Source of the DNA: Utricularia gibba
Lineage: Eukaryota; Plantae; Magnoliophyta
Direction of reading: 5' to 3'
Assembly (NCBI GenBank): GCA_002189035.1
Contig: NEEC01000002.1
Coordinates: 1,612,001 to 1,676,000 of the forward strand
DNA: 64,000 bases
Below, piece after piece: positions 1 through 12,941 of the stretch (its first letter is position 1; every line of letters begins with the position of its first letter). The position numbers were made by a program, and so were the translations under genes. The notes under the pieces were generated by a model. The model saw only the letters and a list, made by a program, of their open reading frames with translations, searched no databases and was not told where the DNA came from.

Positions 1-3000
1 CCCCCACTTAGCATATATGCGGGCTTATCCGCATGCTTCAACAAGTCAAACTCATCTAACTTCTCCAATACAACCTACAATTGGACAAGCTCCTATTGTA
101 GTCTTACACATTTGGCCAGAGAGGTTCTGCCAAGCTCCTATTTTAGGGAGAAAAAATGGCATGAATTAAAATGGTTCTACGAATGCTTACACGTTGCAGA
201 TCATACTCCTCGACTCCTTTTATTCTTGCAAAAAGCTCAAGGTGTTCTCGAGGTGTAACAAACTCGAGAAGAGCATCAAATTGGGGACAATACCCAATCT
301 ATATGGCAGAAATATGACTAATAAACAGTAGAATAAACAGGGTAACCAAAAATAAATGCCATCAAGAAAAACTATTCCAATTTTTACCATATGCAAAGGG
401 TTAAAGGTAACATATTAAATGCATAAGTGCCTCACATGTTTGCGGGATGCCTTAGGGTTCAGTCTTATATCTTTACCAAATATATATGCCGTCCCATCAG
501 TTGGGAGCTCTTCTCCTACAGTAGATGGATGTGCAATCAATCATGCCACATATACGCAAAGATAATGCTTTTTCAGATTTCAACATCATTTTAATGAAGA
601 ACCACTAGATAATAACACAGAGCAGCTGTATTATATAATAAAGGTGCATATGAAACATTTTTTTCTCCAATAATTTTCTTCTACGCAACATATATTTCTG
701 AAGAATTCTCCAAAAATTTTCTTTCTTACCAGTGAGCATTGACAAGGTAGTTGTTTTTCCTGCTCCATTAGTTCCCAGAAAACCAAAACATTCACCTTGT
801 TGAACAGAGAAAGCCAAAGACTCTACGGCTACTTTTGGGGCACGGTGCTTCCAACTAGAATAAACCTGAAATCATTGAAATAACCAAATAATTTCAAGGA
901 CTTGTGGTCTGAAAATGACACAAATTTCACAAGACGAAGAGTTGGCTGGCACCTTCCGAAGATTGCATAAGCAGGCAACTGCACCGCTACCACTGCCTGA
1001 AAGCACCTTTTCCCTTTCAATTTGGACATCAACGTCCTCAACATAATCTTCAACTGGTATCTTCTTAAAAAGAGGTTCTGAAGAGCTAGTGGAAGATATG
1101 CAAATTCTTTTTACCAAGCTGGTCCATATTCCAGATGCTACTGATAGAAATATCTTGTCAGGGAGTACTTCGAGAACTAACGTCAAGAGAAAGTAAATGA
1201 TGGCCTGCACCAAACAGAGAAAATATTGTTTAACTAAAGTAATTTTTAGTTATACCCAAAAAGGCAGAAATGGATAATCGCGAGAAAGAAATGCCAAACG
1301 TAGGGCATGACAAGAGAAGTACATGAAATTATATCTTTATACAATAACCTCGAATGCCAGATAAACTACAGAGCCACCAGTGATATTCCATGCATAAATC
1401 GTATCACTGAGCCTTCCTTTCACCCCTCCTTGCAAAAGAGCTAATGACGCCAATCCATCAGCAAAGCAAAATCCTGGTGACAATCTGAAGAAATTCTGAG
1501 AATAAAACAAAGAGCAATTATCACCCCGTGACTATTTTACTAGATAAGGCAATAATTTAAGAGGACATTCCTGTAACCTTGAGAATTGAATTGGTTCTTG
1601 CAGTAGAGTCTAATAGCCCCATGATGAACGATATGGCCATGAGAACAATCCCAGTAAAAATTTGAATCAAGAGCACGACATTCTGGATTCAATACAAATA
1701 TATTCACATTTCTAGCAGACCAAACTTTGGAAGTTCATAATTATGAAATGCATACCTGTGCCATGCTGTGTTCATTAAAGAAAAAAGTGAGACAGTAAGT
1801 TGAGGATGCCAATGATGCTCCATATCCAAGGAAAATGAGTGTAGTTGGGAGAAGGGAGTCTCTCCCAATGAATTGATCCAGGCCTGCATGCAGATGTGCT
1901 GAAGAATCTCAAGCATACATACAGCTTCACACAAACAGTATATTATAACGGCAATGCTTTCAAAAAAAAAAAAAAAAAGAGGATGCAATAGCTACTAGAA
2001 GTACAAAGCAAAGAAACAAGGACTTGAATCAAAGAACAAACCGAATATGAAGAAGAGAATGAAAGCAAAAGAAGTAGGAATCAGGAAGCTGATGAAGTCC
2101 CAAAGGTAGGTGGAAGCCCAATATGCAAGTACTGATACCTATAAAATATTAAAATGGAAATATGACAGAGGATAAAACGAAAACTATAAGAAATCCAGAA
2201 GACGCATACCCCACTAATAAGCTGCTGATGCTTCGCTTTTGCTTCACGTTCCTGAAAATCAAAATATGCTCGAATATTGCATCAAGGAATTATCAACCTA
2301 AATATAAATTTTTTAAACCTCATAAAACTTTTATGGATAAGCTCCTACAAACTTTTGTAAAGCAAAAAGTAAAACTAATAGCAACATATTAGTTACCTTC
2401 ACAACAGCCACAGCAAATGAAGCAGGAATGAAGGCAAAAGCCATGCTAACAACGATAGCAACTCTAAATGCATCCAAATCCTACATATTAACAAACGCAA
2501 GAGAGGCTGAAAGATTAAACTCAGAGGCATGGGGCATTATACTTCTCATTTCAGATTCCACCCCCAAAACAGCTTCATATAATTAGAAATAAAAGAAGCG
2601 CATGTGATTTAAGAAAACTAATGACGTTTGATTCCAATGTAGTTAACATTTCAAAGCAGACCAACTAGGCGTAAAAAAGCCGCCTTTACCCTGAACAAAT
2701 ACGTCATTGAGCTAGTACTTGAAAAAAAAAAACGCACATGATTTTGCTGGCGCTGAGTTTTTGTCATGGGTAATGGATGATTACGTGTTATAATTGACAT
2801 ATTCTCATCATGAGTAGCAAGTCTAAGAATCGCTGAGTCCATCAGATTTATGTACGTTGGAGCAGAATGCTGACAAGAGCTGTTGTGAAGAATGGTGTAG
2901 CCTAAACTCCCATCCTCACTCTGCCTATCCATAACAACTGCTCCATACCTGTAAACTTGACAGCAATTGTAAAACCAAAACCAAGGGGGCAGTTCAACGA

Positions 3001-6000
3001 ACCTATACATAGGTATCAAATATGCTGACTAACATTATAAAAACACAGGATTTACTCATGATGACTAAGAGAACGACCATAGGATTTCAAAGTTTGAAGT
3101 ACATTAGTTAAAATCACCTTGATTGATATGATTCATCGAAGCTAGACATGAGATATTCGCTCATAGAAAGCAAAATAGGGCCCAAAGACATCCCTGCAGC
3201 TTCAACAGCATCATTCAGTGCCTTTTGAGAATCGGGAAATTGATATCCAGTTTCTTGTGACATTTGAATCCATCCTCCATGCACATGCTTGGACACCTAT
3301 GATGCTAAATTTTAAATATACCATGTATTGCAGGCAAGGAAAGAAAAATAATTAGTAATATCTTTTCATAAAATAAACCTCCTCTGCAATAACCACTGAT
3401 ACATTGAAAGGAATTGGACCACCGCCACCTCCACCAGCCAACAGAGGATTGAAGTGAGAGGTTGTAAAGGTTACTGATTTCTGGTCCAGATGTGGCTTCA
3501 AGCTGATCATCAAAAGGCCCAAAAGCAAGAAAACGGCAGGAATTACCAATTGAAAGACAATTGTCTTTTGATCTCGCCGAGCTGATACTGCTCTCTTTAT
3601 CAGTAATGCTTTCGAGTGTTTTAAGAAAGTAGAACTTGGAAGCATATTGCAGTAACAGCAATGCATGCCAAGCAACTTAATGACTTGAAGGGTGGCAGAA
3701 AAAAAAAAGGCACCAGCTTTCCCTATCATCGAGAGCATGCAGACAATAACTTCAATGTAGTTTTTCACTACTTTTGGAGAATAATATCTTTCTGCCGAGT
3801 TTTCATTGCCTAGTTGCTGTGCATTCGAAATAGTTTGATGATCAACAAAACATTCGGTTTCATCAAAGTCGCCTCCAGAAACTCCTAAGAATACTTCCTC
3901 CAGAGTTGTGACAGAAATTCCATAGCTCTCAATGCCAAAATGGTCACAACTCTCTTCAGTGCTAGGACTAGGTTTTTGCATGAAATGCTCTATTTCACGA
4001 AACATTTTTTCAAAGGATGATGAGGATAAAACAGGGAGCTTAAATGACAATTCGTTTCCAACCTGCAAGAAAAAGAAGAAAAAATTACACGGAAGATGAA
4101 CACTTCTTACAGATGAATTTTATACTTTTTCAAGTTTTACCTAAATACTCCAAGACAGAATAAAAATAAATACTAACAATAAATAGGATGAAAATAGGGA
4201 GCTTTCTGTACCATACTGATTATGCCACAATAAAGAGGATGAAGAAGAGATTAAGGAAATACATTGCTGACGCATATCGTGGATGGAACATGAGAATGGA
4301 TTATATCAGCCACTGCAGAACCATTCGGAGAATTCTGAAGGCAAACACAAGAAATAGAGGATTGTGAGTTTTTAGGAAATAAAAGGAATATTGCATATAG
4401 AGTAAAATGGCACATACCTTAACAAGAGTGAGGGTATAGCCAACACCATATCGTTGCTTTAAGAAAAAAGAACTGCTCAACCATGGATTGCAAGTCATTT
4501 GTGATGAACAGAAAGCAAAGCTAAAAGATATCAACAACTACATCAAACAATTTAAACAATAACATCAGGTACCTGCCGCAACATTTTAGTGAGCCATTAG
4601 CCATTATCGCTATCCTATCTCCAAGCGCATCAGCTTCATCCATGGAATGTGTAGTCAATAGTATAATTCTTCCCTTTTTCAACCGTTTGATCAACTGCCA
4701 TGTCAGCCGCATTGAGTAGGGATCCATCCCGCTAGTTGGTTCATCTAGGACAATAACCTGCAACGCATATAGATCTCATTTTAGCAACCATGGCAAGGAT
4801 TTTACCAGTTAACAACAAACACGAACCTTGCTGTTTCCTATCAACGCAATAGCAAGTGATAACTTCCTTTTCATACCCCTGATAAAGCCCTTACAAAAGT
4901 ATTTAGCTTGTCGGACAAACCCACCTTAGAATTAGAGTACAAGGAGCCCACATTAATTATCTCAAACATTAGGAATGTGTGTATTAAAGTAAGTATTCAG
5001 GCCAATAAAATTCTCAAGTATCTAAAACAACTTAAGGAAAAAAAAAAACATGATCAATTTGTAAATGTGAGGATAATAATAAACATTCTGTGTATGAAAA
5101 AATTACAAGCACAAAAAATAGCATGGGATCCTTACTTCTGCAGCCATTTCCATGACAACACTCTGCAATCTATCTTCATTCACACCCTTTATATGCGAAA
5201 ATATTTCTAAATGTTCCTTCACCTGAAAATAAAACACAGCCCCTGAATAACTATAGCTCAAAGCCCCTAACATTTATTATTAAAATGTTCCAAGATTAAA
5301 GGAAGCATATTTCATGAAAAATTAAAAAAATCAAGATAAATAGAGTAGCTTATAAATTATAAAAAAAAACACAAAAACAACAATTCCTCGGAAAAAATGG
5401 GAATTATGCAATTAAAAAAAGATACTTTAATTTTGAAAAGAAAATGAACAAGCTGCATTAGCATATCTTTTGGCAAGAAACCATTGAAATAAACAGAAAT
5501 AACAGGTGAAATCTCTCACAGTCAACTCAGGAAAAAGAATATCATTCTGGGGGCAAACACCCAAACTTTTCCGTATTTCATCCTGCAAAAAAAAAAAAAA
5601 AAAAAACAAGTAGCTAGCCTCAGAGTGGAAATTGAGGATATGTCAATTAACTCATCACTAAGAGAACATTAAACATTGTCATTATTGTTGTATTACCACA
5701 TACAAGGGATTAATTCCATTACTAGTTATCAACAATCTCACATTTTATCCTCTATATTCGAATTTTCCTTGAGCAAATGTAAGTGCAAGGATTGCCATAA
5801 TACTTCTAGAGGTGATTTTTTATATTCATTTATATTCAAGAAATATCATCACATATATATTTTGAATCTTGATTACCATGTCAGTTAAGATGCTCTTTCC
5901 ATAAATAAACGCATCTCCAGTGGTAGGGCGAACAAGCCCAACAAGCATAGAGATTGTGGTACTTTTACCAGCGCCATTGTGACCTGAAAAATAAACACAA

Positions 6001-9000
6001 TTGAAGATTTGGATAAGGAGAATCAACTCCAAAAAATATTGAAATTATCAGCCTACTTGATGGGCAATTATGAATGCAAATCTGGAGCTTTTTAGCAAGG
6101 AATATTGTGTGCAGCATGGGGAAAAAATTACTTACCAAGAAGTGCAAGGATTTGATTCTCGTACAATGTTAGCTGCAAGGAATCGACAGCACAGAACCTT
6201 GCCTTCCTTGCAGCATAGACCTTGTGTAAATTCCTTATTTGGATGCATCTGATTTTTGAAGACACGACCAACAGAAGGCATTAAGTACAAGCAATATTGA
6301 TAGATTCAAAACAACCTCGAGGAAGGGGACATTTCACCTTTGGTCCAGCTCTTGCTGCTTCATTTCAAGACTTATTTGTTCCACGGATGGTGTATATACT
6401 TCTCTTTGGGAAGAAATGGTATCTCTCTCAGTGTCACTGCCTATCAACTCAACAAGTGAACTAGAAGAAAACATTTTGTTCACGATTTTTTCCCTCCAGA
6501 ATTTCTTAGATATTGTGAAAACCAGGGGAGCCGGCAGCCATTTTCCATGTAGAAGATCTGATTCCCAATTTTTTAAAAAAACATATTTAGTTAAAAGAAA
6601 ACATATAGAGAAACCTTCAGTTCATAGTTTGAGGAAAATGAATCGAATGTAAACAAGTACCTTATGTAGATAATGTCCAGCACCATAATATAACAAAGTG
6701 TCAAGCACCATCAACAGAAGGCAGACCAAAAAGGACATTCCAGATGAATCCTGCGATTAATTTGATATTTGTACCTTTAAAACTATTTTGCATTAAAAAT
6801 TAAGATAACTTATAGAGAAAGTTCTACCCTCCAAACGTTGCTCCAACGGAGTCCAACATGTGCTTGTTCATAATCAGCAAAGTTAATTGAACCCAAAGCA
6901 AATGCAGTGGGAGAAAGAAAAGATGCCAAAACCTTAAATAGCCTATACATTAAAAAAAAAAAAAATGAACGAAAACCAATAAAATAACAAAATTGAACCA
7001 TAGATTTTGTTTTCAAAGGCGTACATAGGAACACTCTCATCGTCAACAGTGTAATAAGGGAAGAAAGCAGCTAGAAAGGCAAGTGTTCCAACGGCAACTG
7101 CAGTTTTTGCCCGTGTGAAGAATGTAGATATCAGAAACGAAAGTGTTATTGAGCTGAGTCCAAAAGAGAAGAAGTATACAAACACCAGAGATTTGTCACT
7201 ATACTTAAAAAGTGTCCCCATCGTACAAATGGTAACAATCCCAGATGAGATAGCAAACTGCAGAAGGTCATAAACACAAACAAAAGCCGTAAATAGAGAG
7301 GTTCTATAGCATTCTCCTTCATGAAGTCACACCAGTAGGTGCTAAACCTGAAATGTGTAAGTTATAAACCACGAAAGATTGAACACATTGTCATTGACAC
7401 CCATCATATAGAGGCCTTCCTTGATCTTTTGTTCCTGGAGCATCAGTTAAAAGCTCAAATTACAGGAGTTACATCACTTCAAGAAAACCACATGAGCAAA
7501 CTAAAGTTCAAAACGAGAGGCAGAAGAAGAAATTGTACCCACTACCTTTTCATAAACAGAGTAACTGATCAATCGAGATACAGGATAGAGAAAGCCTAGC
7601 AAATAACTGCGCTTATATGGACACAGAAAATATAAAATGTATTAGCCCATGACACTCAAGCAATGAATATATAAATTTTTTTCCTAAATGTGAAAAAAAG
7701 TGAAGAAATACAGAAAAAACACATACAGAACTCCCATGACTCTCTTGACAATGGACTGGAACTTGTCATCTGTGTACTCACTGGTTGGAAATGGCACAAG
7801 CCTAATTGTTTTGGGAGTAAATTGTGTCCAGAGTGTTTCTAGATTTGCCATTAAGTCCGAATTTGAAAATTCCTCCTCATTAGTCACAAAGTTTGTCAAG
7901 TTTTGCTGAGCAGAAAATATTATAAACGAATCAATTACTTGTTGAAGCTGCAAAATAGAAAAATATGAGCAGATTAGCAGTAGAAACAATTTTTAATCTG
8001 GAGATGGGAGACTCAAACAAAACTAGAGGAGATTTGAATTAAAAAAAAAAAAAGGAAGATCCATAAAGCAGGCCCAAATTCAAAATCCTGTCCAACAGCA
8101 TTCTCATGATAATTTGGAAGTTTGAGAAATATACAAAAAGGAACAAGCTAAGGGCAAAAAAAAAAAAAAAAAAAAAGGTCATTCTACAGTTCAATGAAAT
8201 GCCTTCTTGATGGTATAAGGATGATGAGATCATACAGTCAAAAATCCACTGAAGCTGTATTGCATTATTGGTATCATGTTTACACCTAATTGTAAGTCAT
8301 TGACATAAGGTCCATTCACATCCATGATAGACTTAATGTCAGGGAAACCAGAAAAAGCCCATGTATGGTTTAAGCGAATGCCATAATCAAACAACTGAGG
8401 GCCTTGATTATGAAATACAACAGCTCCCTTAATTTTGGGTTTTGTTGAATTCCTACAGGAGAAAAAGAAATATATGAGCACAGGGAAAATGACTTTTAAA
8501 AATGAGAATCATATGATGATAAATAATGTATCAACATAATACAAATGAAAGATAATCAACAGATACTTCCACAACAGAAAATTTTTTACATACACAGCCC
8601 CACATAAAAATTAATGAAAGTGAAAGAAATTGAAACTCACTTTTCTTTATCATAAGCACCATATAGATCAGAGCGTATGTAGCCCTCAAGTTCTACTTCA
8701 TCTTTGAATATTTTTGAAGTCAGCTGGATAAAACATGCTTATAATTACCATGATATCTAAAAAAAAAAAAAAAAAAAAAATAGCATATAGAATAGAAATG
8801 TAGAAAGTAACCACACATATAAGAATGCCAAATTTCGAGATTTCTGATATAAATTTACAAAAAACCACCTGCAGATGTTGATGGGTAATTATAGAAGTAA
8901 AAAAGTAAATAGAGGTCAAACACCTATCAAAAAGACGTAGAAAAATGAATAAGAACTGCAGTCTCACAGATCATCATCCATTTCTCAAGAAGCAACCTAT

Positions 9001-10260
9001 AGTCACCTTACTTTTATATAAATTAGTGCAAAACATATTTAAACCACATCCCTAAGGGAAGTGTGTCCATCCCAATCATGCGCCAACGTAAAAAATGAAA
9101 AAAAAAAAAGAGAGGCCAAAGATAGACATAAAATCAATGAAGAAAAATTGTAAAAAAAAGTAACATGCGAAAAAAATATAACAGTCCAGAAGGAATCAGT
9201 TCATGCCTTAAGAAGAGGGAATGTTTGAGATAATACTTCAATCATCATTCTTGTCTCTGATGTATCAGGTGCAAATGCCAAATATTCATGCTTGGCATAA
9301 AGCAGCTCTAAGATTTTATCAAAAGGTGCAGAGATATCACCCTTTCCTACTTCCACAAGCATACCATTTCTAATATATCTGCAAAACCCTTCATTCTGTT
9401 ATGAAAGCGACTTCTAAAATCATAAGGTTAGTTTTTTGCTTAAAAAGATACACAAGATTATTTCCACCATGAATTTGTATTCGTTAGATATGTTTTATAT
9501 GAAAAAAAAAATGAGGCATTCTCTGGTGAAAGAACAATAAAATCATCAATGCCCACGGGATGCAGAGCAGTAAGGCTTACGGCTGTGGAAGGTGTACTTG
9601 TGTGTCTACCGTAGACCTGACAGCTATAAGCAGTAACATGACAAGAGTTGGAAGTAAAACCTGTCATTAGGATAAAGATTAGATTTAGCATATGCTATCT
9701 TTCAATATTACAAAATAAAAAATGCCAAAAAAGGTGCATGAATATGTGCATTCTCGAGAAATATGCCTTGCAAGACTATTTTTCACACTAGCATAGAGGA
9801 TTTGCATACAGAAAACAACGGAAGGGATTTCTTTATTTAGCTGACATATTTTTTTTTGTTCATTCGGCAAAGGACAAAGGGATACAGATAAATTCTGAAG
9901 AACATGCAAATTAAGTGAACACGTACATAAGCTAAATACAACAACACCTCAACTCATTCATGTTATCATAAGCTTGATAACCAGGGTAAACACCTCAACA
10001 CAGAAAAGACAACATATCCGGCCCATAAGCCCTCGGTAGGAATGAGGATACTCAAAGCACAACGTAAGAGACTCAAGAAAATGAAACATCGCAAACTGCA
10101 TGTTCGTTCGTTACATATGTGACAAAGAAGAGACCTCTCCGCAGGTTACAAAGGGGTTGCGAATCTTGAGAAGCCAGTTCTTCCTGAGCATAGCTCTCAA
10201 CTGTCTCATTGATGTCCTTCTATCCTCCTCCATTTTCTCTTTAGTCTTGGTGTTCTCCAT
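1..10260 (-). CDS. ABCA1: ABC transporter A family member 1 (full-size, multi-exon), 3' part outside the window
   Basis: Exon 1 (10260-10135) reads [42 protein letters not shown]; exon 2 (9660-9581) [15 protein letters not shown]; exon 3 9378-9207. NBD1 Walker [11 protein letters not shown] near 5990 and Walker [13 protein letters not shown] near 4750. NBD2 GTNGAGKTT near 760. Exons still present near 190-270 ([17 protein letters not shown]). Junctions are phase-compatible where checked. The start could also be 10233 or 10209. Confidence 0.95.
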
Positions 10261-11568
10261 GACAGTTCAAAGATGAACTAAATTCACACCCCCTAAAACA
10301 TGCCTGATCCATTCATTCCAAAAAGTGGGAAATTTCTTTATCCATGACTCTGCTGCTACTGCTCCATACTCGCCATGTAACATGAAGTTGAAACGAAAAG
10401 GGGCTTCAGATGGAAAATGGTTGGTAGGAGTTGAGGAGAGTAGACCTGAGGCTTCGCCCAAACCCACTAATTATACTACCGTGGAGAGGCGAAATATAGC
10501 TGGACATGCTAATCGCTAAGCCACGTCAAACTCTCCATCTACAGAAACAACAGACGGACACATCGAGTCCGATGGCAACAACATAGAGTAGAATTAAACA
10601 GGAAAAAAGATCGAATGAAGAAGACATGAAACTCAAGAAAAGTCATCTCAACGACAAAGAAGAGAATCGGAGAGGAAATAGCCTTGAAAAAAAACAAGAA
10701 AGAAAAGTCGTCCCTACTCCCCCTGGCTGATTCCGTCATCTGGACGTTACGTGATTCAACGGTCACTGACACGTGTACTTGGGCCTCAGGTAAAATAGCT
10801 CAAAACAAAATACCCTTAAGAACTAACCCATCAGTGTAGTCCAAGCCCAAAAGGCCCATTTCAGTTTTCAACCACGATGGCCTTTAACTTGGAATTCGCA
10901 TTTGTATGTTTCAAAAGCATTTTGGATAAATTATTTTCTTTTAATTCCCATTAAAAATATTTTTTTTTAATGTTTACATTTTATTTGCAAATTCATTTTG
11001 GAAACCAAGCTGGCCTTTATTATTTTATTTAAATTTTGGAATGAAATTTATTTAAATTTAATATTTTTATAATTTGTATATTCATTTTGAATATGATTGG
11101 TGGATGATAGTAATAGATATATCAAAATTCCACGTTTAATTAATATGTAATTTATAAATGATTGTGATTGAGATTAAAAATTAATATTATTAAATTTTAA
11201 AATATGTAAATTTCACTTGGAAATATACTACTACGTATTTCATGTTTTTAATTTTAATTCGTTATTTATTTATTTAAATTAAATAATAGTGAAACATAAT
11301 TATCCTTTTGTATAAATCAAATGTATTTTATTCCAAAAAAACACGCCATTTAAGTATATTTAAAAAAAAAAGAAGAATGCATGAAGGTATTAAACCGGAA
11401 GAGGAGAATATAGAACAGTCGGAGAGAGAGGATGGTGGAATAGAAGGGAATAGGGAGGGGACAAGAGGGGCGAGGAGCAGCTGGGGAAGACATTAAAAGA
11501 CGCCACAGAAAGAAAGCATTAGCATCCACAAGTCGCAAAAATCTTCCGTTTTTCGAAGCCGTCCTGGA

Positions 11569-12941
11569 ATGGGATTCGTGAGGACCACCGCCGCACAAGG
11601 AGGCGACGGCGGATTTGGCATGGGATTCCTCCTGGTTTTCTTCCCCGGAGACGACCAGGACACCCGCCGCCGACACAAATTCAACCCCTTCTGTTCACCT
11701 CTCCGAAGAGCCCTCTTTGGGACCTACTTGTCAGAGCCCAAACCACTGCATTCATCTGTCTTCTTCTATTGTTTACTGGCGCGCTTTTCTTCACCGTCTC
11801 TACTCTGCCGCCGTCGACGCACCGAATCTACGGCGAGCCCAGAAGAATGCTTGTTGAGAAAACCCGAGAGTTGCATTTGCCGCACGCCTTTCAGGGAATG
11901 GGGGCTTTGTATAGAAGAGGTACTGCCGCAATGAGCGACATCGTTGTTGTTCACGCCGTTGAGTCCCTGAGCTTGAATGAGTTGAGGCTTTTTATTCGTC
12001 TGTTTCTTCGCTCCGACGTCGCTTCGAGATCCGACCTGGTGCTCGTCTTTCCGGCGAGGAAAGCTGCAATGGACGATGTGATTCTGCAGGAGAACGATAG
12101 TTTCTTGAAACTTCTGTCACAGTACCGCTCCAATTTGAGGAACGATTCACAATTTCCGGCGAGTTTCGATGTGTCCCAGTTCCTGAAAACCAGCCGGAAA
12201 GTGAAGGAGAGAGGGGAACCCATTTGGGGTAAGAGAACTAAACCCAATTCCGGCAACAGCGGCGGCAACACTGAACCGAACCGTCCGTGTTACGGCTCCG
12301 TAGTGGGATTCGAAACAGAGGAACTCGACCCGGAAAATTCTCTATCCGGGTTCGTGGATCACGCTCCAATCACCCTAAGAAGGTGGGCTTGTTACCCGAT
12401 GCTACTCGGCCGGGTCAAACGAACCTTCAAGCACATAACGCTACTCGACCCGAAGGCAATTTGGCTAATCGGCGACCCCCTCAGCCGGTTCCGGTGCCAC
12501 CGCCCCGATTCAGTCGTCCTCTACCCGACTCTCCACCAAGGCCGCCACGTCAAGAAAGGCACGGTTTCCACCCGTCTGAAACCGGTCCACCCGGGCATCA
12601 TAATGGGCGGTTCCAAAGGCGTCCGCCGGTTATCCAACACCATGCTGATACACATCGTCAACGCGGCGATGCAGCGCAGGCGCAAGAACTCCGTGAGCGA
12701 GGCCGGCGTGTTCAATCAGCTGGTGGAGAACGAGTTCATGCTCAACGACATTCATCTGATCGTGTCGGACGAGCCGGCGGTCGAGTCGAGTTCGCTAACC
12801 GGGTCAAGTTTTTTGAACCACAGTGTGGTGAAACGGGCGAGTGGTGATCAAGATTTTTTTTACGGGGTAGCCATGAAGCACATATGCTCCTTCCCTTTAG
12901 ACGCCTTGGTTCACAGGGACTGCCACAGTATGATACAATAA
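11569..12941 (+). CDS. Uncharacterised plant single-TM protein (GMGxLLVFFP N-terminal family), apparent 1-nt frameshift near 11685
   Basis: The ATG 11569 frame gives MGFVRTT...GMGFLLVFFP. The -1 frame gives RAQTTAFICLLLLFTGALFF, then QGMGALYRRGTAAM and LRRWACYPMLLGRV, to a stop at 12941. No intron fits between the two frames. Family recognised from memory. Confidence 0.8.

Noticed and set aside
1962-8780. Long poly-A tracts in the ABCA1 region as retroposon tails
   Set aside because: On the coding strand they are poly-T tracts inside introns, several near acceptors. There are no TSDs or SINE bodies.
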